DNA of 64,000 bases from Paecilomyces variotii (taxonomy: Eukaryota). This document shows, in pieces, positions 50,961 to 62,981 of the stretch (position 1 is the first letter of the stretch; each line of letters starts with the position of its first letter). Below the pieces are notes generated by a model that was given only the letters and a program-made list of their open reading frames with translations, was not told the origin of the DNA and ran no database searches. The position numbers were made by a program, and so were the translations under genes. The stretch is taken from assembly GCA_004022145.1 (NCBI GenBank), contig RCNU01000005.1, one strand, 5' to 3'.

Positions 50961-51435
50961 CCTCTGACGCCAATTTATCCCATGAGCATGTTGTTCATGG
51001 AGATGAAACTGGGGTACAAGGACGGTTCGAAAGTAATGTAGGCCGAATTGTATCGGCCGTCTTCAAAGCAATGAATGTGCCAATTACCTTAGGTGACTAT
51101 AAGGCTAGCCAAAGGGCAAAGGGCGAAGGCAAAGAACACATGCAACATATCCTTGGTAAGCAAGACATGCATGCATAGTTATTCGACATACATATCAAGG
51201 CTGACTTGACTCTGTAGGCCAAATAGCAGAATACCTGTATTTGGCCAAGTTCAAATTCGGATATATATCAACATATGACGAAACCATATTCTTGAAACAA
51301 GAACTTACCCAAGATGGATGGGTATTGTTTCACAGTAGTATTATCCTTCATTCTAAAGAGTCAGAAGGAGAGCCGTCGTTACGCGAATGCCTTTGGTACA
51401 TAGCGCTGGCAGCGGAAGGGAAAACGATATTTTAA
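50961..51435 (+). pseudogene. Remnant of an Eurotiales hypothetical-protein family gene
   Basis: DETGVQGRFESNVGRIVSAVF..LGDYK followed directly by GQIAEYLYLAKFKFGYISTYDETIFLKQE..SLRECLWY. The middle part appears deleted, and no intact N-terminus is visible. Confidence 0.55.
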
Positions 51436-52179
51436 AGGAAAATGTGTAATCTGGCGGAACTATCATCGCAGTGACGATCAAGCCAAAGGCGCAATGGGTG
51501 AAGAGATGGAAACGAAAATTGTTGCGGATTAGCCTATTGGCTCATTGAATAAGGTGCCTGATAAAATCGGATAGGATGTCTAATTCGTTCTCAGAAGTTT
51601 CTCTTTATCCTTGCATATTACCAAACTAGAATCAGAATGGCTAGGTACCTTTGATAATACGCTGAATGCCTCCAAGCTGCCATGTTTATCCAGGCCCAGA
51701 TCACGTAGGGATTGCTGCAGGTGCTTGACTCCAAGCACAGCCTTTTGAGCTGGTAGGAAAGCGGGTGGTTGGCCGCTCTGGCAACTCCTCAAAGCCATGA
51801 TCTATAACAATTAGCCACTCATTGTCAATGAAGAGAACAGTATGGCAACCTTTCGAGGTGTCTGATCTGCCTATATTTTGAATGGTGGAGATCCTCGCGG
51901 CGGAACGCGCGTCAGCGGCTAATCGCGCAGCACAGCCAACAGCCGCCAGCACGTATGTACTGTACTTGCTGTCTTAATGCCACCCAGCAGCTTCTCCCGG
52001 ATGACAACCTAGCTCAACGGCAGCGCTGCCTACGCTCTGATCAAACAGTTATCTTTCCGTCTCGTCCTCTAGACTGCTCTCATATTTTTGCAGTGAGCAG
52101 GGAGGTCAGGGCCAGCTACTGTTTATTCTGAACCCAGTCAGGGGATGCGCCTGGGGCTAGACCTCCGCAACCGAGCAAC

Positions 52180-53267
52180 ATGGCCATGATGGCTAGTGGA
52201 ACATCCGGCGTTCCTCACGAAGACCACTATGATGACGACTCCCTGCTGGACAATGACTTGATCGATCCCGATGATGGTTTGCTACCTCGTCTCTGGGTAC
52301 GCACGAGCTTTAGCTAACGTGCTCAATCGCAGCTACAGCTATCGAGGCAGACGACCCCCTTCAAGCCGACACTTCCGATCGAGCTCCGCTGACGGGAAAC
52401 ATTCAATCTTCCTCATCTCAAGATGGCGGTATCTCAGGGAACTATCTCACTTCTTCAATTCCTGGTGAGGACCGTCGTGCCCCGCAGAATACCATCGACG
52501 AGAGCGTCTGGGACACTCTGTCGCGGGATCTCCTCGCCGTGTGGGAGAAGATGAGACAGGTCCTTTGGCCCAAGTACCTGCTTGGAGGTATACTCCGGCA
52601 AGGCGGTGGCATTGGAGCTGCTGAGAGAGGAGAGGCGACTGGCTTTAGAGGCGGCTTGAGAGGCATTGTTGGCCGATGGCCGGACGCTGATACGGTGCTG
52701 CAAGGCGGCATGAGTGAAGGCTTGAGAGATTGGGACTTATGGTAATGGCGCCCGGATTGTCGCAAGTCGAGAGTATATGCGTTGGGATTGCTGACACTGT
52801 TACTCTAGGGGTCCTTTGATTTTCTGTCTACTTCTGAGCATGTTCCTCTCCATGCGCGCGAAGGATGAACAATCGTCCCTTGTGTTCTCCGGGGTCTTCT
52901 CGATCGTTTGGATCGGAGAAGCAGTTGTGACACTCCAGATTAAATTGCTAGGTGGAAACATGTATGTGGACCTCGCTCTAATACTCCATGATCTTGAGCT
53001 GACCTCCGTGCGTTTAGTTCGTTCTTCCAGTCGGTATGCATTATCGGATACACATTATTCCCTCTGGTCATCGCCGCACTTCTAAGCGCACTGGGCCTGC
53101 CCATCATCGCTCGGATACCGGTCTATCTTGTGCTCATCGCGTGGTCCCTCGCTGCCGGAGTTAGTATATTAGGGGGCTCGGGCGTGGTCAGGAATCGCGT
53201 GGGCCTTGCGGTGTATCCGCTGTTTGTTTTCTATATTGGTATCGGGTGTTTATGTTTCATTAGCTAA
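52180..53267 (+). CDS. Yip1-domain Golgi membrane protein (YIPF6/Yip4-like), 4 exons
   Basis: NTIDESVWDTLSRDL.AVWEKMRQVLWP..LRDWDLWGPLIFCLLLS..LQIKLLGGN..SFFQSVCIIGYTLFPL..LAVYPLFVFY. Confidence 0.9.
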
Positions 53268-53951
53268 AGGACTGCGGTCTTGGTTTCATTGCAAATGAGT
53301 GTCGGCCGTGCCGTGCTCCACTTTGGCCGGAGGACAATAATTGCCAGCCAGGCATATTAAGCGGTGACGAATTGACGTGTTCGGGGAATTGAGGATGTAT
53401 AGGATAGCCGTGAACTTGATATACTTTCTCTCGTACTCGATTATTATCGACTTAGCCGACAAGCGCGCTATTAATTCGCAACCTAGATCCAACCGGCTGA
53501 GTTGTTTGCTGCGGGGTGAAGTAGTGAAGCGGTCGCCGGGAGACCAAAGAAGAGAAGGCCAACACCAAAGTTCGACCCGCCTTGACTCTCTCGTCTACGG
53601 ATCTCTAGACCTTCTTCCTCCGACTCCTTCTGGTCCGGCTCCGTCTTTCTTCCTAGTCCTTGGGCGCTTGCACGTCTAGAGCTCGTTCCTTGATCTAACT
53701 ACTTCTTCCACTCTGCACTACAGCCAACCGCGGCTCGTTCAAGGCCGGCCGTCACTCTGTCTCGCGAGGTCTGAGCTAGCCCTGGCGTCAATTGGAGCAA
53801 AAGCCGGACTTCTCTCGACATCGCTATCTCCCTTTGTGTAACGTGTACAAGCGAAAGAAGCTGGAGCAGCACCGCAAAACTGCAACGTCCCCCATACTTT
53901 TTTCCGCAAAGCGTAGGGCCCTGAAGTCTCTCCACCCTTGAAAGCAGACGG

Positions 53952-54159
53952 ATGACTAGTGAGTATATCCTTCTGCGATCTTATGCAGGGTCTCTTTCTA
54001 CAACGACCGCAAGGGCGGCCCCTTTTGTTCTTTTCCAGGTGGACTGACTAGAGAAATTTTTCTTCTACAGGAAGCTTGCCTACTACCTACCTGGCGAACG
54101 ATATCCCGACTCTCCTTGCCGTCGCAACACTTCACTCAGCGAAATTGCCTTGCGCGTAA
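53952..54159 (+). other. Spliced upstream ORF (31 aa) in the 5' leader of the RanBD gene
   Basis: ATG ACT A, then intron GTGAGT (53959)..CTGAC..TACAG (54070), then GA AGC TTG..GCG TAA (54157-54159). Confidence 0.4.
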
Positions 54160-54221
54160 ACTTGCAAATAGTTTCAACTTTCTATTTACCCGAATCTACG
54201 CCGATAACCTGATCACCCAAG

Positions 54222-56161
54222 ATGGCGTCTGATACCCAGGAACACAATGGTGCGTCTACTGCTGAGAAAGAGGACCACGTCACCCCGCTACCCCCAGACA
54301 ACACATCGAGCCCAGACTTACCCAGTTCTCCATCATCAGAGGACAAAGAGCCCCAGAACCCCAAAGGTACGAATGAGATTACCCCTCCGCCCTCGGATTA
54401 TGCGGAAAACAAAATCAACCCTGAAGTGGACCCTGGGACCCGGAATCAAGAGCAAAAGGCCACGCAGACCGTTGCCCGCAAAGATGACGCTGCCGTCTTT
54501 CTTATTATTGTCTTCCTTATCTTGGCTCTCTTTTTTACCATGCCAGCAAAGCTAGAGTCTAACAAGAAAAACGTTGGAACAGACACGAATGAGGACCCCA
54601 CTACCTCCGATAACGATAATACCGGCGAGCGCCCCGTTCGACAGAAGCTGAAAGAGACGACTATTGCGGGGAATCCAGAAGTGTCTGAGAATACCGATAC
54701 GAGCGATTCGCGCTCTACTAGTAGAGGACGGGCGTCCAGGAAACGATCCTTCGACGATCTTCAGACGGACAATAACGATGCAGCTGCTGAGTCTAAAGAC
54801 GAGAACAGTCATAGACGAAAGAGATCTCGCGATTCCAAAGAGCTGACCACACCGCCGCCGGAACAGTCGAAGGACGTGGATGATAAATCAAAGATTCTCA
54901 GTCCTAAGAAGAAGAGAAGCATAGATCAACTCGAAAAGGACGATGCCAAGATAGAAGAGCCGGCGGGAAAGGCGACATATGAGAACGGATTATCTGAACC
55001 AGAGAAGAAGAGACACCGCGACAATTCGCAGGAGCGTAGCGCTGCTGAGGCATCTAAGGATGAGGCATCTAAGGTTCGTTTATATCCTCCAGGTCGTTCT
55101 GTTTCCTAGGTCTGACTTACCGAACAGCCTTCTCTGCCCTCTGCGTTTGCCAACACCTCCGCCGTCTCGCCGTTCGCGTCTCTCGCTCCCAAGTCTAAGA
55201 AAGAAGAAGAGGCTCCTAAGACCACTCATGTTACTTCAGCCTCTGCGTTCGCTTCGTCAACTTTTGGGGCGTTTGCGTCTTCGACGCAGTCACCTTTTGG
55301 TTCCCTTGGGGCATCTACGTCGTCTGTCTTCAAGAGCACTTCCACTACTGAATCCGAGAAACCTGCTACTGCAGGGTTTGCGGCTGCCGCTGGACCTTCC
55401 CCATTCGCAGCAGCTGCAACCTCCAGTACTTCTGCCTTTGGCACCCTAGGGTCCGGATTCAGCGGATTCGCCGCTGCTGCTCCCAAGCCAGGAGGTGGAC
55501 TCACGAGCTTTGCTGCACCTGGTGGCCCTGGTATCATTGGCGCCGAAAAGGCGAAGCCATTTGGTTCATCAGGAGATAACTCCGATGAGGAAGGTGAACA
55601 AGATGAAGCCAAACCTGGCTCGGAACTTCCAACTTTTGAGAAGGATAAGGAGGATGAACGGTTCTTTGAGCAGCCGAGTATGATTTGACCATCTCCTCGC
55701 GGACCTTTTTCCCCTCGCAAATGCTAATCTTTTATAGTTGAAACCGGCGAAGAAGAAGAAACGACATACTTCTCTTGCAAGGCCAAGCTGTTTGGCTTCT
55801 CTGGAAAGGAGTGGAAGGAACGTGGACTAGGCACGTTCAAGGTGAATGTTAAGGAACCAAAGGGCGATGGCAAGAAGACTGCTCGGCTTATCATGCGTGC
55901 GGACGGCGTCTTGCGGGTGATGCTGAATACGCCTATCTTTAAGGGCATGACGGTTGGAGATGCTACAGGAAAGGAGCCGTCCACCAAGCAGTTGCACCTG
56001 GCTAGTCTTGAAAATGGACGTTCCGTGCCGCTTCTTCTTCGAGTAAGTTGTCTTCCTGATCTTGGCGCCTACACTTCTCGCTGACATTCTCGCAGACTGG
56101 CAGCAATGACCTTGCAAAGGAACTTTACCACGTGATCCAAAAGCTTCAGGAGGAGCTATGA
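54222..56161 (+). CDS. RanBP1-domain nuclear export cofactor (Yrb2/RanBP3-like), multi-exon
   Basis: NLS-like basic clusters, SAF/FG-like repeats, and a RanBD ETGEEEETTYFSCKAKLF..EWKERGLGTFKVN..ARLIMRADGVLRVMLN. Confidence 0.85.
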
Positions 56162-56973
56162 ACGTCGAGAATAGACGTAGCTAGCAAGCATCTCCTGTGC
56201 GATTGAATTCGGTACATTTCAAGCGAATATTTACGCTGAACGGGCTTCACGTCTGCAACTCTTGAGGTTATCTTACTACGACTAGGGAACAGAGAATTGT
56301 TGTTGGGTCCAGCATGTGCTGGACACCCAATTCTCTCCGCTGGTCAGAAGATATCTCGGATGAAACAGAAATTCATGGGGTCTGATCACGATGTCGTCAC
56401 AGGAGTCAGCTTGCTCAATCCAGTGCGGATTTGGGGCATATCTTGCACTTAAACCGAAAGGTCCGAACAGAATATCATTTATTCTGCGAACGGGCCTTAT
56501 GGGTCTCATCTTTTGGCCGCGGCGGATTGAGTCATTGACCGGGTGTTCTATGTACAGCAGTTCATACTTAAACCTGAGTCAGACCTACGGGCCTCTCGTT
56601 CGTGGTCTTCTAAATCTGTTTCTTTTATGCCGGCGGGCTGTCATTCAAAATAGGCGGTACATTTAGCATAGTTGTTCAGTCGGGGAGTTCTAAGCATGCG
56701 CAATTGGGGCAGGGCGATCTCTTTCATATTCTTTGACTCTGGGTGCATGTTGGAGGTGGGGCTTTCCCCAGCATAGCTGAGCTATTCCATTTCATAAATG
56801 TCAGGATAGAGTCGATTGTTATGTCAACAAAGAATAATAATATTGAAGCACTTTTGCCTAAACTTCCCGTATGGTAAAAACATAAGATTTGACCTGGTAC
56901 CTCATCTGCCCACTGGAGGGGTGTGGAGCCATTAAATTCCGGCCATTATCACTTCAGGTATCAGGAAACCGAG

Positions 56974-58597
56974 TTAAGCATTCGAATGACCTCTATCATC
57001 CTCCGTCTTTTTAGGCATCCGCGGCAATCCCAACCACAACAACAAGATACTCGCGGAAAGCGCAATTATAAATGGCTGCAAGACCTGTACACCGCGCGCT
57101 TCAGCAAGCGCACCCATTGCAAAAGGAAAAACCGAACCTCCCACTCCTCCAACAGCTGCCGCGAAGCCGATAGCGCTGACGTGAAGATTTCGTGGAAGAA
57201 GCTTCGTAGCAACTACAACAGCTGCAGGGAAGAAGGGGCCCAGGAAGAAGCCCTGAAATGAGACTGCTACTGCGGAAGAATAGAAATCCGGTACGAGCCA
57301 GAGGATCAGTCCGGCTGTTATGGCGAGGAGGGAGTATATCTGGCACCGAAATTGTAAGCACTATGTGTCATACGCATGGATATTTCTTTCAATATACTTA
57401 CAACGATACTCAGCTTCTCCCCCAATTTAGGCGTCACGAAGCCCAAAACAACCCTCCCACAGGTGATTCCCAGCCAGAACCCCGTAGCAGTCATGCCACT
57501 GGCGAAGGGCTCTCCATGTCTTACTCTTCTCATGAACGTCACGATCCAGCCGCCCAGAGCAACTTCAATGCCTACATATCCGAGAAGGAAAAGAGCGCAG
57601 ATCCATGTGACCCAGGCGTATTGTTTTTGGAGAAGGGCCTGACGCAGTCCACCCTTGGTCTCTTCCCCAGGGTGGTTATTCTGCGTTGCAGGCGCGCCCG
57701 CATCCCAGAAGGCAGCGAGACAGAAACCAAATTCGATCGTCGCTAAACCGATCTGCAAGGTATATAAGCGAACGGAACTGGGACTTGTATGGGATCTTAG
57801 TCAGAGATGGTCAAAATCTAACATACCATGAGATAATAAAAGTAATACCAGGGCAAATCCGCTCTCGTGATCAGAGAAGTGGCAACGAACGGGCTAAGCA
57901 CGCCTCCGACTCCATAGAAGCCATGCAAAAGCCCCAGGACTTGGTTCGCATTGGCCATATTGCCGATCCAAGCATTCCATCCTGAGTCCGCGAGGCCGTT
58001 TCCAAAACCTGCGAAGATGAACGAAACCACCAGGACTGGATACGGTGGGTGAAGACAATTGACAATGTAGGCGATGATATGGCACCCGGGGCCAATCCAG
58101 GCGACGCCACGACGACCGAATCGATTGTGGATTTTATTGTTAAGTAATGCGGAGCAGATGTAGCCGAAGAGTGGCGAGAAGAATAAGATGGATACAACGG
58201 TGTAGGAGAGGTCGTAGTATGTTTCCAGCTAATCATATGTTTTGATTTGGTTAGTTCGTCATGCGATCTTTTCCCATACTTGGATTGAATTGATATATGT
58301 GCCCCGGTACTGTTATTGTCAACTTACATAAGGAATCAACGGCTACAAAATCATTTAATTCAGTTACAGACTCGATTTCCCTTCTATTGGGAAGCGATAA
58401 CTCACCCCATACGCGGAATCATTCATCCCCATGACGAGAAAACTCCAGAACGTCGCTAGTGTCTTCCATACATTGGACCGAGGAGCGTTCCATCGTTCCA
58501 CCTGCTGGAATACCTGGTGTGGCTCCTGTTCCAGTAGTTCTGGGGATCGATATTCGGGACTTTTGAGATCAGCTAGGGGTATTTCAGTTGCTGCCAT
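56974..58597 (-). CDS. Major facilitator superfamily transporter (BSC6/FucP-like), multi-exon
   Basis: FLVMGMNDSAYG..GFGNGLADSGWNAW..LGLLHGFYGVGGVLSP..YVGIEVALGGWIVTF..FWLGITCGR..GFFLGPLFP..PFAMGALAE. Confidence 0.9.
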
Positions 58598-59378
58598 GGT
58601 GGCTTTGATAGCAATGCTGAGACAAAGATGAGGAGAAGTGGGAAACCTGCGGTCGTCGAAGCGCTCGCCGTCTTAGGTACTTATTGCCAAGAGATGAACT
58701 CGCAGGGCTTTTAGCTAGCTCTGGTGGATAAGACAGTGTTCATGAGCAGTTGCGACTACAAGGGATGATTCTAGTTTGCGCTGATGTCTCTGGATTTTAT
58801 CACAGACCTTTACTTCAACGTCCAAGTTGTCAGTAAGACATTCGTCTCTGATGTATACCTTAGTAGGTACCTAGATAGCGACTATTACACTATTTTTATT
58901 GATGCCTGGAAGAAGCCACAAATATCACCAGGCGCATACATCATATATTGAAGCCTCTTCGACTTCTGCTAAGAGCTACTCCATCATATGACAGATCTAT
59001 ACGATGTTAATGAGCCAGCTTAATAGACCCGTGCACTGTGCAGTTCGTCAGATGCCATCCGCAGGCTACCACTAATTTTGACATCTATATCCCAGGAAGG
59101 ATATATCCACAGTACGATTTCCATACGTGTGGTTATTCCACTCACAACCAAACCATTATAGAAGTTGGAAACATTACATTGTTCATTCTCGGACTTCATT
59201 CTCGGACGTTGATACCCCGCATTATTCTTTCCATCCACGCTATTCCATTTGAAGGTTAATTGCGCACGTGACCACGTGTCTCGCCGCTTCTCACTCCCCG
59301 CCGCAAGTTCAATCTCCAGAGTTATCCATTCGGTGAAATTAGTGATGGTTCGCGGGCAAGGTCTGCTCTGCAGCTGCG

Positions 59379-62300
59379 ATGGCCACCTCGCAAAATGGCG
59401 TGAAACGGAAAAGAGGTCCAGAAGATGATGGGCAACTCAGTTCTCCTTCACCTTCGGCGGACGGCGCGTCAACGCCCGCGACTGAAATCGCGATCGCCAC
59501 AACTGTCCCGACAAAGACGGACGATGGCCCACCTTCTGACCAGGGGGTCAGGAAGGCAGTTCGTGGACGAGGGAAGCAAGGACGAATCTCATCCCCAAGC
59601 GTTGAGACCAGCACAAATGGCGTCGATAGTGACGGCCGACGCAGCAAATCTCGCTCTGCCACGCCTAAGCCAAAGCCAAAGCCAAAGCAAAAACGAACTC
59701 CTTCCGCTCCATGGCCAGAGACGTTCAAGCAGCTCTCAAAAACGCATCGAGCTTTGAACCTCGTCTATACATTCTGCTGCACGAGGAAACATCTCGCCAC
59801 GACATTTGATAAGATCAAAGGTGCTGTGGAGGCTCAGATGGGCGGACGAAATCTGACTGTGGAAGACATCGCACGGGTGAAGGTGCTTGTCCCACATGCA
59901 GTGAGGTTTGAGGTCGTGGATGAGGCTGCCTTGGAAGTTATGGGGGCTGGCGAAGGGGGGCGGGACGACCATAGGTTCATGAGAGGAAGCGGACCAAGTG
60001 CCATTGAAGACGGAGAGAATCTTTCAGTTATCAACATGGATGCGGATAAGGATAGAAACGAAGTGCTACTATTTGAATTCCTCGATGGGGATCTAAAAAG
60101 ACAGGTTCAGCATCCCAAGACCGGAGAACCGACCAAGCCCACCCGCAGGATGAGAGACGAAGATCTCAAAATGCCCGTCTACAGTCAGAAACAAATGCTC
60201 GGCCTCATTGAGAAACGAAATAAGAAGTTTATGGAGGCCATCGATGCGTTTCTGGTGAAGTGTGAAGATGATGGTGTAGATCCGGTCGAGAGACTGGAGA
60301 AGGATAAAGAAGCGCTCATCCCTTCGATGCCCAATAGTGGCACTACTACGCCAGCGGTTCCGCAATTTCCAGCTGAAATTCCGAAAGAACGCAAGTCAAT
60401 CTCTGAGATTATAGCTGAGATTAGGGAGATGGATTGGTATACGGCTCAGATTGTCCCAGATGGTCATAGAGTTTTCAATCCGCAACCACCGGTCTATGGA
60501 GATCTGAATTTTCAGCTTTCCCAGAACATTGTAAACGCCCTGTATAACACCAGAGGCATTACAAAGTTCTATTCTCATCAAGCAGAGGCTATCAATCATC
60601 TCTACGAAGGGAATAATGTCATTGTGTCTACGTCTACGAGCTCAGGGAAATCCCTGATATATCAGGTTCCGATGCTGCACGAATTGGAGAAAGATCCAAA
60701 CAGTAGGGGACTGTATATTTTCCCCACGAAAGCGCTAGCGCAAGATCAGAGACGCAGCATGAGAGATTTGCTGCAGTACATGGACGGTCTGCAGGAGACT
60801 ATTGTGGAGACATTCGACGGAGATACTCCCATGGATGATCGAAATATCATCCGGGACGAAGGTCGAATTATCTTCACGAACCCAGACATGTTACACATCA
60901 CTATCCTTCCGCAAGAAAGCTCCTGGAGAACCTTCCTCAAGAACTTGAAATTTGTCGTCGTGGACGAACTCCATGTCTACAACGGATTGTTTGGCTCCCA
61001 TGTTGCCTTCATTATGCGGCGGCTACGGAGGATATGCGCCGCCGTCGGAAATCGCCATGTTAGATTCATATCTTGCTCTGCTACCGTTGCAAATCCGGAA
61101 GAGCACATGAAAGCGATATTTGGAGTGGAAGACGTGAAGTTGATAGATTTTGACGGTTCTCCAGCAGGCCGCAAGGAATTCATCTGCTGGAATACCCCGT
61201 TTAAGGATCCTGGAGACCCAACTTCGGGACGAGGGGACAGTCTATCCGAGACAGCCAGGCTGTTTTGCCAACTCATACTGAGAGGAGTCAGAGTCATAGC
61301 TTTCTGCAGGATCAGGAAGCAGTGCGAGTTACTTCTCCAGAACGTGAGAAGCGAATTCCAGAGCCTGGAGAGACCGGAAATTGGAAAGCTTGTGATGGGG
61401 TATAGAGGCGGGTACAGCCCTCAAGACCGCCGGAAAATCGAGAAGGAAATGTTCGAAGGGAAACTCATGGGGATTGTTGCAACAAACGCTCTCGAACTGG
61501 GTGTTGATATTGGCTCTCTCGATGCCGTGATAACTCTCGGCTTTCCCTACTCAATTTCCAACCTCCGTCAGCAAAGCGGTCGAGCTGGTCGCCGTAACAA
61601 AGATTCCTTATCTGTCTTAGTGGGCGACAGTTTTCCCACAGATCAGCATTATATGAAGAATCCGGATGAGATCTTCACAAAACCGAACTGTGAACTGCAG
61701 ATTGATTTAACAAACGAGCTTATCCTAGAAGGACATATTCAGTGTGCTGCGTTCGAGATGCCTATCAGGCCGGAGGAGGATAGTCATTACTTTGGAGAAA
61801 ACCTCGGAGAATTCGCTTCAAGCAGACTCATCAAAGATGGCCTGGGGTTCTACCATTGCCACGAGAGGTTTCGTCCTCAGCCTTCTAGATATGTCTCGAT
61901 AAGAGATACAGAGGAAAACCACTTTGCCGTCATCGACACCACCAACAATCGCAACATTGTCCTTGAGGAAGTCGAAGAATCGCGCGCTTTGTTCACTATC
62001 TACGAAGGTGGCATCTTTATGCATCAGGGTGAGAAGTACATCGTGAAGGAGTTGAATCCCGAACGGCGTTTCGCGCGTGTTGTTCGTGTTCACGTCGACT
62101 GGAGTACACAACAGCGCGACTTCACAGATATAGATCCTATCGAAACCGAAGCCATCCGCTCCATCAACGATGCATCCCGCGCCTTCTTTGGTTCTATCCA
62201 GATTCATTCCGTGGTTTACGGGTTCTTCAAGATCGACAAGCGCGGCCGCGTGCTCGATGCCGTCGCCGTGGACAATCCCCCAATCGACATCCTCAGCAAG

Positions 62301-62981
62301 GGTATGTGGCTCGACGTGCCCAAACGCGCCATGGAAATCCTCGAGTCCAGGAGACTCAACATCGCAGCCGCCATCCATGCTGCTGAACACGCGATTCTCT
62401 CTTTGATGCCCACATTCGTGATCTCTACCCCCGGTGATGTCCGCACAGAGTGCAAAGTCTCCAAGAAGGAACTAGGCAAGAATCTCAAGCGAGCAAACGA
62501 GTCTCGTCATCGGTCGTCCAAACCAGACCCCATCGACCTGCGACCTCCAGCGCGCCAAAGACCTGCGCGTCTCACATTCTATGATGCCAAAGGCGGTTCC
62601 TCCGGCTCCGGTATCGCGAGTAAAGCCTTCGAGTTCATCGACCTCCTCCTTCGCCGTGCGCTCTCTCGCATCGAGACATGCACCTGTGTCACGCCGCAAG
62701 GCTGTATCGAGTGCGTCTGCGATGAGCGCTGTAAAGAGCAGAACGTGGTGATGAGCAAAGCTGGCGCGGGTGTCGTGCTGCGATGTCTCCTCGGTTATGA
62801 TGTCGATGTCGACTCTCTCCCCTGGGGAGAGGACTTTGAAGGGGAGGAAGGAAGTGGTGAGTTGGCGGGTGGTTATGAGACGGTTGTCGAAGCGAGAGAG
62901 GTCCCCCTCCGTCCTGACGCGAGGATAATCGGAGAACGCACGAATGATGACCAAGCATTAGGGCAAAGGGAAATGGACTGA
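59379..62981 (+). CDS. HRQ1: RecQ4-family DEAH helicase Hrq1 with C-terminal Cys (DUF1998-type) domain
   Basis: YSHQAEAI, STSTSSGKS, FPTKALAQDQ, TNPDMLH, VVDELH, SATVANP, YRGGY, ATNALELGVDIG, QQSGRAGRR, and C-terminal CTC..GCIEC. Confidence 0.95.
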   Translation: MATSQNGVKRKRGPEDDGQLSSPSPSADGASTPATEIAIATTVPTKTDDGPPSDQGVRKAVRGRGKQGRISSPSVETSTNGVDSDGRRSKSRSATPKPKPKPKQKRTPSAPWPETFKQLSKTHRALNLVYTFCCTRKHLATTFDKIKGAVEAQMGGRNLTVEDIARVKVLVPHAVRFEVVDEAALEVMGAGEGGRDDHRFMRGSGPSAIEDGENLSVINMDADKDRNEVLLFEFLDGDLKRQVQHPKTGEPTKPTRRMRDEDLKMPVYSQKQMLGLIEKRNKKFMEAIDAFLVKCEDDGVDPVERLEKDKEALIPSMPNSGTTTPAVPQFPAEIPKERKSISEIIAEIREMDWYTAQIVPDGHRVFNPQPPVYGDLNFQLSQNIVNALYNTRGITKFYSHQAEAINHLYEGNNVIVSTSTSSGKSLIYQVPMLHELEKDPNSRGLYIFPTKALAQDQRRSMRDLLQYMDGLQETIVETFDGDTPMDDRNIIRDEGRIIFTNPDMLHITILPQESSWRTFLKNLKFVVVDELHVYNGLFGSHVAFIMRRLRRICAAVGNRHVRFISCSATVANPEEHMKAIFGVEDVKLIDFDGSPAGRKEFICWNTPFKDPGDPTSGRGDSLSETARLFCQLILRGVRVIAFCRIRKQCELLLQNVRSEFQSLERPEIGKLVMGYRGGYSPQDRRKIEKEMFEGKLMGIVATNALELGVDIGSLDAVITLGFPYSISNLRQQSGRAGRRNKDSLSVLVGDSFPTDQHYMKNPDEIFTKPNCELQIDLTNELILEGHIQCAAFEMPIRPEEDSHYFGENLGEFASSRLIKDGLGFYHCHERFRPQPSRYVSIRDTEENHFAVIDTTNNRNIVLEEVEESRALFTIYEGGIFMHQGEKYIVKELNPERRFARVVRVHVDWSTQQRDFTDIDPIETEAIRSINDASRAFFGSIQIHSVVYGFFKIDKRGRVLDAVAVDNPPIDILSKGMWLDVPKRAMEILESRRLNIAAAIHAAEHAILSLMPTFVISTPGDVRTECKVSKKELGKNLKRANESRHRSSKPDPIDLRPPARQRPARLTFYDAKGGSSGSGIASKAFEFIDLLLRRALSRIETCTCVTPQGCIECVCDERCKEQNVVMSKAGAGVVLRCLLGYDVDVDSLPWGEDFEGEEGSGELAGGYETVVEAREVPLRPDARIIGERTNDDQALGQREMD

